Shown: piece after piece, positions 7,677-15,005 of the stretch
Position numbering within the stretch: the first letter of the stretch is position 1
Layout of the letters: each line of letters starts with the position of its first letter
Assembly: GCA_038279365.1 (NCBI GenBank)
Contig: JAYODI010000030.1
Coordinates: 1 to 17,458 of the forward strand
Reading direction: 5' to 3'
Source: Candidatus Latescibacterota bacterium
GTDB lineage: Bacteria > Latescibacterota > UBA2968
DNA length: 17,458 nt
Made by a program: the position numbers and the translations under genes
The notes under the pieces: model-generated
Databases searched by the model: none
What the model was told of the DNA's origin: nothing
The model's input: the letters and a program-made list of their open reading frames with translations, nothing else

Positions 7677-9364
7677 AAGGCAACGGGCCCACTTTGATAA
7701 ACCACATCTGTAACATGAAGCACAGGATGTTCACGCAAAGCAATCACGCGCTTGTCTCGCACCACATTGCCTTGTGGATCATTTACAATTTGTATGGTTG
7801 GGCGCAATGGGTGAGCCTCATTCGATTCGATCACTTGCCCAACAGCCCCCGAATTAAGACGCACCAAACTGCCCAAAGGAAATGTCGATAATTTACCAAT
7901 TAAAACACGCATCAAAGCAGGCGAAAATTTAGCACGTGCACTACGGGTAATTTCTTGTACGGCCTGAAATGGCAAATATCCTGGTCGCTCTGGCCGTGCA
8001 CGCGTCAACCCTGCATATGTATCTGCCAACCCAATGATCTTGGCATAAGGCAAAATTTGATCACCCGACAAACCCTCAGGGTAACCCGATCCATCTTCAC
8101 GCTCATGTTCCTGATACACCACATCAGCCAACCAACTGTATCCAATTCCCAAAGACTTTAAGACCGTTTGTGCACGTTTGGGATGGTTGTGCAACAACTC
8201 ACGATCCTTTTTATCCAACTTCACTTTGGTAAAAAAGTCGGGCGGCAAATAGGCCATACCCACATCATGAAGCAATGCAGCCACCCCCAATTCCACCAAT
8301 TGGTCAGGTGTATATCGAAACCCTTCACCAATTTTAAGTGCATAAATACAAACATTGATCGAATGCAAGACCACACTTGCCGAAAAACCATAATCTTCGC
8401 CTGTTTCAGGTGTTTGAAGTGCCCATCGAAACAAATCATTTGTAGCAGAAGGGATGTTCACAATGTGATGCACCAACTCAAATGCGGGTTGCACTTCCAA
8501 ACGTTTAATGGTGTGTTGTGCACTCATAAACCCTTCAACATACGTATACAAATGTGTGTAAATTTTCTCTATATCAAGCACATTCAAATCGTCAGGTTCT
8601 GGCACATAAACAGGTTTTACATCCAAATCAGGCGCTTCAACACCAGATGAGATTTTGATTTCTTTTTGAAACTGGGCTTCAAACGCTTCTAAGCTTTTAC
8701 TCATATTTTGACATTCCCGCATACAGGTGCGCACCAGGCGATTCACAGGCCCCGGATACCCCCGCCCCTGTTTGCGACAGTTATCAGCCTGGTCGCGAAT
8801 GGCATCAACCGATTCATGCAAGGTGTCCAACTTCTCAATAATGCTGCGATACTGTCTTTCATAATGCAATATCTTGTCTTCCAACGCTTCCATCTCATCT
8901 TTGCGCGATGTAATCACGCGCTCAAGGCTACGCTGGTGTGCTTGTTGTTCCTCTATCAATTTGGCATTTTGGCGTTTGAGTTCGGAATGTTCCAAAGCAT
9001 TTACAATGGCCTGTAACAATTCCAACATTTCAAATGGCTTTTCGATATAATCATAGACCCCCAACCGAAGTGCCTCAATTGCCGATTCGGTTGAGGCATA
9101 ACCCGTCATCAAAATAACCGCCACGCCCGAGTGATTTTCCTGAACATAACGCAACAACTCCATGCCCGACATTCCCGGCATGCGAATATCTGTAACCAAC
9201 AGGTCATAAACATTTTCTTGAAGCCATTTGATCGCTTCATGCCCGTCATTTGCAGTATCAACAATAGTACCCTGATCTTGCAAAAAGTCGGCAAGACCTT
9301 TGACCAAAATATCTTCGTCGTCCACAAGCAAAATACGGCTGTTTTTAAATGCACTTTTGATCAT
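7673..9364 (-). CDS. Response regulator with REC, coiled-coil and HD-GYP domains; putative cyclic-dinucleotide phosphodiesterase
   Basis: Intact REC domain (LVDDE, TDIRMP phospho-Asp, MTGY, KPF); HD-GYP motifs 'HSINV', 'LLHDVG', 'NHP', 'QEHEREDGSGYPEGL' and 'LADTY'; C-terminal 'FPLGSLVRLNSG...PLRP' domain. Confidence 0.92.
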   Translation of the reverse strand: MIKSAFKNSRILLVDDEDILVKGLADFLQDQGTIVDTANDGHEAIKWLQENVYDLLVTDIRMPGMSGMELLRYVQENHSGVAVILMTGYASTESAIEALRLGVYDYIEKPFEMLELLQAIVNALEHSELKRQNAKLIEEQQAHQRSLERVITSRKDEMEALEDKILHYERQYRSIIEKLDTLHESVDAIRDQADNCRKQGRGYPGPVNRLVRTCMRECQNMSKSLEAFEAQFQKEIKISSGVEAPDLDVKPVYVPEPDDLNVLDIEKIYTHLYTYVEGFMSAQHTIKRLEVQPAFELVHHIVNIPSATNDLFRWALQTPETGEDYGFSASVVLHSINVCIYALKIGEGFRYTPDQLVELGVAALLHDVGMAYLPPDFFTKVKLDKKDRELLHNHPKRAQTVLKSLGIGYSWLADVVYQEHEREDGSGYPEGLSGDQILPYAKIIGLADTYAGLTRARPERPGYLPFQAVQEITRSARAKFSPALMRVLIGKLSTFPLGSLVRLNSGAVGQVIESNEAHPLRPTIQIVNDPQGNVVRDKRVIALREHPVLHVTDVVYQSGPVAL

Positions 9365-9466
9365 GATCAGTCGTTCAAATAAGAATTGGCAAATGTCAAA
9401 ATCGTATTTATCTCAAAATGTTTGAACACAACACCCAAACAAACATTCACAAAGGTAATGAATATA

Positions 9467-9483
9467 AGCACGAACCATACCAG
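9467..9483 (-). promoter_or_regulatory. Candidate sigma54 (-24/-12) promoter for the HD-GYP operon
   Basis: Minus strand CTGGTATGGTTCGTGCT has exact GG-N10-GC spacing and lies about 100 nt upstream of the ATG at 9364. Confidence 0.55.
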
Positions 9484-9727
9484 ACACATCATTTAACATA
9501 GCCTTTTCGTAATTATATGTAAAGCCTGTATTTAAAGATATTGATGCAGATCACATCATTCACACTTTAAACACAAAATGGTTAAAATGAAACATAATAT
9601 GGTAGATTTCATGCTATTTTTATTGTACCATATTTAATAAAGACCAACACACCTTATTCCTTGAAACAAAATACCCAAAAAACAAATCAAAAACCATTCA
9701 TACCAAATAAAAACAGGAATTTATGTC

Positions 9728-10486
9728 ATGGAAATGGAAAAAGCACTGCTTGAATTAGGGGTAAACGACAACACCCTCACCGACCAAGAAAAAGCATTTT
9801 TAGACGAAAATGGTTATCTGCCCCTCCACAACATCCTCTCACCCGAACAAGTCTCCGCCTTGCGCACCCGATATGACGAATTGGTCGAAGAAGAAGGCGA
9901 AGATGCAGGCAAAGAAGTACACCAAGAAGCCGGTACCAATCGGTTGGCCGATTTGGTTAATAAAGGACAAATGTTTGAAGTTTGCTTTACCCACCCCCGT
10001 GTCTTGGCCGCCATCAAACACGTTTTGGGTTCCTATTTTAAACTGTCTTCCCTCAATGGCCGAGCCGCCCTGCCCAACCAAGGCCTGCAAGGCATTCACG
10101 CAGATTGGGGCACTGCCGTTGAACCCGGCGATTATTATGTGTGCAACTCCATTTGGTTGCTCAACGATTTTTCGCCCGAAAACGGTGCCACACGTGTGGT
10201 GCCAGGTTCTCACAAAAGCCGGCAACACCCCCGCGATGTTTTAACCGATCCCAAAGCACCCGTGCCCAATGAGCTAATCATAACAGAAAAAGCAGGGACC
10301 GTGGTTATTTTTAATGCACATACTTGGCATGGAGGAACCCTCAACCGCAGCAAAGAGCCCCGTTATGGCCTACACAGCTATTATTGTCGCCGCGATCAAA
10401 CCCAACAATTGGTGCAAAAAGACTATATCAGGCCCGAAACATACAACCGCCTCAGCCAAGCCGCGAGAACCATTTTAGACGTTTAA
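9728..10486 (+). CDS. Phytanoyl-CoA dioxygenase (PhyH) family Fe(II)/2OG dioxygenase
   Basis: 'FLDENGYL', canonical triad H124-x-D126 (HADW) and H201 (TWHGG), 'NGATRVVPGSH', and the 2OG-binding Arg in 'PRYG'; AGGA RBS. Confidence 0.92.
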   Translation: MEMEKALLELGVNDNTLTDQEKAFLDENGYLPLHNILSPEQVSALRTRYDELVEEEGEDAGKEVHQEAGTNRLADLVNKGQMFEVCFTHPRVLAAIKHVLGSYFKLSSLNGRAALPNQGLQGIHADWGTAVEPGDYYVCNSIWLLNDFSPENGATRVVPGSHKSRQHPRDVLTDPKAPVPNELIITEKAGTVVIFNAHTWHGGTLNRSKEPRYGLHSYYCRRDQTQQLVQKDYIRPETYNRLSQAARTILDV

Positions 10487-10572
10487 ATCAGGCCCACTTT
10501 AGATACCCTGCCCACCATAAATCCCAAAATATTGGATGACTATTAAAACCGTCACCTATAATAGATTTAAAG

Positions 10573-10609
10573 AAAAACGGTGCTTATAAGCACCGTTTTT
10601 TATTTTTTT
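10573..10609 (+). terminator. Intrinsic terminator, probably bidirectional
   Basis: Perfect 28-bp palindrome AAAAACGGTGCTTATAAGCACCGTTTTT (10573-10600) followed by a further T-run. Confidence 0.8.
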
Positions 10610-10671
10610 GTGCAGAAACTCATGGATCTGCCGATCATGATGAATGTGAGGGTTTTTCCCTTTTTTATACC

Positions 10672-10802
10672 GTGATACCCATCTTGCGTGGGGCAAGATC
10701 GTATCACAAAGACCAACACGTGGGGTGTTGGTCATACAAAATCGATGGGGCCAGCGTCTTCATGGCGCATTTACATACCGCTCAAATCTGAGCCTTATGT
10801 AA
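10672..10802 (+). promoter_or_regulatory. Structured leader with two hairpins sharing an identical GUGGG loop
   Basis: GTGATAC-cc-ATCTTGC-gtggg-GCAAGAT-c-GTATCAC (10672-10707); GACCAACAC-gtggg-GTGTTGGTC (10711-10733); TTACATA..CTCA-aatc-TGAG..TATGTAA (10771-10802) just before the RBS. Confidence 0.55.
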
Positions 10803-10817
10803 GAAAGGGTATCTCTT

Positions 10818-12008
10818 ATGCGCATCTCAAGTTCCAATATCCAATTTGCGTCACAACATGTCGAAACGCAAACCTATACACAAAAAGAAACCATTACCGA
10901 ACGCATCCGCCAAATTCAAGAAGACGCACCCAACCGCACAACCACACGTGCCCAAAATGAAACGGATCGCCCTCAAACACCGCCACGCTTCAACATCTCC
11001 GACACCGTCAATCTCTCCAACCGTTTTGAAGGTTTGGGCACACTCATGCAACGTGCCACCCAAACCATCAAAGACAACACCATCGTCAACACCGCCACAC
11101 CCACCGAAGGCATGAACCCCGAAGACTTTGAATTCAGTGCTGAAGACAAAGCCAAAATCGAGATGATCATAGCGACTGTTGAACGTATTACGGGCAAAAA
11201 GATAAAACTCGTCGAACCCGACAAAGCCCTCAAAGAAGCCTACCAAACACCCACACTTGACTCACTGCCCGTAATGGCTCAAATGAAGGCCGACCAACAA
11301 GCCGCACAAGAAGCCATAGAAACTGCACCACCGCCCACACAAATACGGGAAGTGCGTTACCAATTTGAAGAATCATATTACGAAGCCGAGTCCACATCTT
11401 TTGACGCACAAGGCATTGTCAAAACAGTCGACGGCAAAGAAATTGCCATGGACATTTCATTGTCTATGAGCCGAGAATTTCTACAAGAAAAATCCATCGA
11501 CGTCACCATTGAACAAATCATCAAAGACCCACTCGTTATCAACTTCGATGGCACCGCCGCCGAGTTGACCGACCGCAAGTTTGCATTCGACATCGACATG
11601 GACGGCGCCACCGATCAAATCAGCTTTGTCAAACCTGGCAGTGGTTTCCTCGCCCTCGACAAAAATGGCGATGGCACCATCAACGACGGCAGTGAACTAT
11701 TCGGTGCCCGCACCGGAAACGGCTTTGCCGAATTGGCTGCCTACGACGACGATGCCAATGGTTGGATTGACGAAAATGATTCCATTTACGAAGGTTTGCG
11801 CATCTTCTCCAAAGACAGCGACGGCAATGACCAACTCGTTGCGCTTGGCCAGCGCGGTGTTGGTGCCATTTATTTGGGCCACACCGACACACCCTTTCAA
11901 GTAAAAGACGAAAACAACCAACTACAAGGCATCGTGCGCAAATCAGGCGTATTTCTAAACGAAAATGGTTCTGCTGGCACAGTACAACAACTCGATTTGG
12001 TTGTTTAA
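10818..12008 (+). CDS. Hypothetical protein with C-terminal Ca2+-binding FrpC-type self-processing (Asp-Pro) module
   Basis: D237-P238 'KDPLVINFDG', followed by 'FDIDMDG', 'GFLALDKNGDGTINDGSELFG', 'NGFAELAAYDDDANGWIDEND' and 'LRIF'; no Sec signal peptide. Confidence 0.75.
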   Translation: MRISSSNIQFASQHVETQTYTQKETITERIRQIQEDAPNRTTTRAQNETDRPQTPPRFNISDTVNLSNRFEGLGTLMQRATQTIKDNTIVNTATPTEGMNPEDFEFSAEDKAKIEMIIATVERITGKKIKLVEPDKALKEAYQTPTLDSLPVMAQMKADQQAAQEAIETAPPPTQIREVRYQFEESYYEAESTSFDAQGIVKTVDGKEIAMDISLSMSREFLQEKSIDVTIEQIIKDPLVINFDGTAAELTDRKFAFDIDMDGATDQISFVKPGSGFLALDKNGDGTINDGSELFGARTGNGFAELAAYDDDANGWIDENDSIYEGLRIFSKDSDGNDQLVALGQRGVGAIYLGHTDTPFQVKDENNQLQGIVRKSGVFLNENGSAGTVQQLDLVV

Positions 12009-12038
12009 TAAACGCCATCTACAAACACATAGTTTTAT

Positions 12039-12068
12039 AAAAAAAACCGCATTGCGCGGTTTTTTTTT
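12039..12068 (+). terminator. Bidirectional intrinsic terminator
   Basis: AAAAAAAACCGC-attgc-GCGGTTTTTTTTT, 30 nt after the stop codon. Confidence 0.8.
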
Positions 12069-12304
12069 GTCCATTTCTCAAGTCAAACAACAACCATCAC
12101 AGCGTGCCAATACCTTTTGCATATCCTTTTAAAAGTCTCTACATTACCACCCAGTTGTGCGCACACACCCCATCAATGGACAAAACGGGCTTTTTGTAAA
12201 CCGCACCTTCACCATACAAATAAAGGTGAAGTGCCCTTTTAAAGGATGACATAAAAGCACCTCTTACTGACAATCATAATAAACCAACATGAAAGCGAGT
12301 TGAA

Positions 12305-13237
12305 ATGTCTCCCGAAGAAAAAATGGATGTGCCCTTTCCGGCACTGACCCCAAGCCAACGCCTACACTTAGACGTCAATGGATATGTCGTCATCGAAAAC
12401 ACCCTCACACCCGATGAGTGCGGTGCCCTCATTGAGGCGTTGCAAAAACTCAAACGCGACATCATTGCCGCGGGCAGACCCCTATCCAAAAGTCACGATC
12501 AATCAACCAAGGTTCGAGGCGCCGGCCTCGCAAACAACAAACCAACGCACCACGATTTTATGCGCGATATCGAACAAGCAGACCCTCTCTTTGCGGCCTA
12601 CATCACACATCCCCGCATGGTGGGCATGGCGGCAGAAATCATCGGTGGCGAAGTGCGCATGGTAGAATCAAATGCCCACATCAATACACGCGCACCCGAT
12701 TGGGAATCTCAAGATCCCGCAACCTACAAATTTGGCTTTCACCGAGGCACCGACGTGCCCTTTGGCAGCCACACACGACACGGTCTCTATCACAGTAACT
12801 TTGTCAAAACACTGACCAACCTAACAGATCTGGGGCCAGACGATGGCGGTACCGTCGTCATTGCTGGCAGTCACAAAATCGACTTGCCCCCCCAACAACT
12901 CATCGAATGCGCGTATCAAGACCGTTCACTCATTCACCAAGTCATCGCGCCCGCAGGTTCTACCTTGCTTTTTGCAGAACCCCTTATTCACGCCACAGGA
13001 CATCTCATCAGTGAACGCGAACGCGTCATCATCATCACAGGATATGGCCCCGCCCAATTTCCATATTGGGGCGATGGTGAACTGACCGATGAATTCAAAA
13101 AACAGATCCCACCCAATCTGCACGTGTTATTCCACGGCCGTCAAAACTGGAACCGACGCGTTCAAGAACGCGAAGACCTAATGACCCCAGCCGACCCACG
13201 CCCCTTCAAATTGGGCACTTGGAATCAGAGAGATTGA
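12305..13237 (+). CDS. PhyH-family Fe(II)/2OG enzyme with HxG motif; halogenase candidate
   Basis: 'LDVNGYVVIENTL', 'HPRM', H146-R-G148, 'LTDLGPDDGGTVVIAGSHK', distal H229 (EPLIHA) and R240. The start could instead be the Met at 12323. Confidence 0.85.
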   Translation: MSPEEKMDVPFPALTPSQRLHLDVNGYVVIENTLTPDECGALIEALQKLKRDIIAAGRPLSKSHDQSTKVRGAGLANNKPTHHDFMRDIEQADPLFAAYITHPRMVGMAAEIIGGEVRMVESNAHINTRAPDWESQDPATYKFGFHRGTDVPFGSHTRHGLYHSNFVKTLTNLTDLGPDDGGTVVIAGSHKIDLPPQQLIECAYQDRSLIHQVIAPAGSTLLFAEPLIHATGHLISERERVIIITGYGPAQFPYWGDGELTDEFKKQIPPNLHVLFHGRQNWNRRVQEREDLMTPADPRPFKLGTWNQRD

Positions 13238-13238
13238 G

Positions 13239-13400
13239 GGTCAACTTTTAGCCTGCATCCCCACCAAGCAAATCGTGATCGAAGGGGGATACGAAGGCGA
13301 CCGCTCTCACCACCCCTACTTTCTGCCAGCGCCGTTTACCCAAGCGGTAGAAAGTGAATTCAAAACGGTTGTGCAGAAAACGATTGATACCCTGTCATAA
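13239..13400 (+). pseudogene. Headless C-terminal remnant of a neutral/alkaline ceramidase-like family protein
   Basis: Translated by hand as GQLLACIPTKQIVIEGGYEGDRSHHPYFLPAPFTQAVESEFKTVVQKTIDTLS*, matching the 'YIP(T/S)...EGGYE....LPAPF...VE' C-terminus. In-frame stops lie at 13179 and 13182, and there is no start codon ahead of the motif. Confidence 0.6.
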
Positions 13401-13450
13401 AAACGGCATCGTGCAAATTAGAAATTCACACCGTATAAAAGGAACACCCA

Positions 13451-14572
13451 ATGAATCTCAACACACTTGAAAGCAATACAGATTCATACCTCTGCCAAGC
13501 CCAGCTGAACCTGCAACGCATCTATACACAAGAAAGATTTCCAAATATTGTCATTACCCTCAAAGGAACAATCATCGCAACATGGGGCACAAAAAATTAT
13601 ATCGTTCGCCGAAGCGAAGATGGCGGCACAACTTGGCAACCTGAAATCCCTGTCGGGCCCGGTATGCACGGCGGAGGCGTCACCCTCGACGAAAACTCTG
13701 GCGACATTCTGGTCTTTATGCACCCAGAACATCCGCCCAAAGAAGGCAACTACGCAGCTCGAACCATGTTTCGCAGCACAGACGATGGCAAAACGTGGCA
13801 TAAGGAAGAAGCAAACTTTGCAGAAGATGAACGCGGCAACATACCCTCCCTTCACTTCCACGAACACGGCATCACACTACATCGCGGGCCCCACGTGGGC
13901 AGACTGCTCAGACCCGCACGCGTCTACATCCCCCAAGGTGGGTACAACACCGCCATTTTCAGTGACGACCACGGCAAAACGTGGCAACCAAGTGCACCCT
14001 TTCCCTTAAATGGAACCGGAGAAGGCTGCGTAGCCGAAATGCAAGATGGGCGCATTTATTACAGCTCACGCAAACACTGGTTTAATGAAGATGAACCCTA
14101 TCGGTCTGAACGTCTCAACAGCTGGAGTGATGATGGTGGCAGCACCTGGTCACAACCACAATACAACAAAGGCATTCCCGATGGCCCCCAATACCGAGGT
14201 GATGAACGGCGAGAAGCTTGTTACAACGGACACTTTGGCATGGCCGCCGGATTGGTTCGCCTACCCATTGCAGGCAAAGACATCCTCATCTACAGCAATG
14301 CCGACCAAGTCGAACACCAAAGAGATCGCATGACGGTTTGGGCAAGCTTCGATGGCGGTCAAACCTGGCCCATCAAACGACTTGTTTATGAAGGCCCCAG
14401 TGCTTACTCCTCTCTTAACGCAGGTCGGCCAGGTACACCCAGTGAAGGTTGGATCTATTTACAGTTTGAAGAACGGCAAGGCGGTGGACAAATTGCGCGA
14501 TTCAATCTTTCGTGGTTATTAGGCGGTGTAAAAACAAACGATGGTGCACTACCCGATTGGCTTGGCAAATAA
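13451..14572 (+). CDS. Sialidase-family (GH33-like) BNR/Asp-box beta-propeller protein
   Basis: Five Asp boxes (SEDGGTTW, STDDGKTW, SDDHGKTW, SDDGGSTW, SFDGGQTW), an RIP-like 'ERFP', 'GEGCVAE', 'YSSR', 'RDRM' and the nucleophile-type 'SAYS'; AAGGA RBS; no signal peptide. Confidence 0.88.
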   Translation: MNLNTLESNTDSYLCQAQLNLQRIYTQERFPNIVITLKGTIIATWGTKNYIVRRSEDGGTTWQPEIPVGPGMHGGGVTLDENSGDILVFMHPEHPPKEGNYAARTMFRSTDDGKTWHKEEANFAEDERGNIPSLHFHEHGITLHRGPHVGRLLRPARVYIPQGGYNTAIFSDDHGKTWQPSAPFPLNGTGEGCVAEMQDGRIYYSSRKHWFNEDEPYRSERLNSWSDDGGSTWSQPQYNKGIPDGPQYRGDERREACYNGHFGMAAGLVRLPIAGKDILIYSNADQVEHQRDRMTVWASFDGGQTWPIKRLVYEGPSAYSSLNAGRPGTPSEGWIYLQFEERQGGGQIARFNLSWLLGGVKTNDGALPDWLGK

Positions 14573-14612
14573 CCAAGTCTAAATATATTGGATATGGCTT
14601 TGCCGCTGTTGA

Positions 14613-14700
14613 TGTATAATAGGAAACGCGGCTCACAATGTGCTGATCGAGGCACCAGAACAACTGCCCAAGCTCATCAACAATTTCCATAGCAAACACC
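14613..14700 (+). pseudogene. Possible C-terminal remnant of an alpha/beta hydrolase
   Basis: The frame reads CIIGNAAHNVLIEAPEQLPKLINNFHSKH after a TGA at 14610, resembling the 'I..AGH....E.P......I..F' catalytic-His end of alpha/beta hydrolases. Confidence 0.45.
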
Positions 14701-14854
14701 AACAGGAGCACCGCAGATCACCTTTACCGACCCCTTCTGCCTCTCAAAAACCGGATCAACCCGTCACAAGAGACAAATCAAACACCCTTTGGGCACTCAC
14801 ACCCAATACAAAAACCGAAGTCTGGTGTCTTCAACTGGCTCATGTTTCCTGATG

Positions 14855-14943
14855 TTTACAAAAGATAATTATCGTATATTATGACGCATGTTACTCATGC
14901 CCATACGCACTTAAGCAACACAACCGATTTAAGTGCGTTTTTT
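14855..14943 (+). promoter_or_regulatory. Candidate sigma70 promoter plus leader hairpin with U-tract upstream of the ABC operon
   Basis: TTTACA-N16-TATTAT (14855-14882) with the palindrome GATAATTATC in the spacer; hairpin ACGCACTTAA-N14-TTAAGTGCGT followed by TTTTT (14905-14943). Confidence 0.4.
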
Positions 14944-15005
14944 GTTCGCACAATTATTTTCAAAAAGCAAAACCCAAATCGAAGTGATTCGGGTGGAGTA
15001 ATCTC

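Noticed and set aside
10611-10817. c-di-GMP riboswitch, CsrA sites or G-quadruplex in the leader
   Set aside because: I could not find the class I or class II riboswitch consensus, the loops are GUGGG rather than GGA, and the G-tracts are too far apart. An Rfam scan would settle it.
10688-10960. 90-aa ORF over the leader
   Set aside because: It overlaps the real gene out of frame, starts within a hairpin loop and has no RBS.
12093-12121. TTGGCACGC on the minus strand as a sigma54 -24 element
   Set aside because: There is no GC at the -12 position, and it points into a terminator with no gene downstream.
12203-12240. Hairpin with short T-run upstream of the HxG gene
   Set aside because: The stem is bulged with an 11-nt loop, too weak to call a terminator or attenuator.
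14864-14882. Fur box
   Set aside because: Only one GATAAT-type palindrome is present; it does not fit the 19-bp or 7-1-7 consensus.
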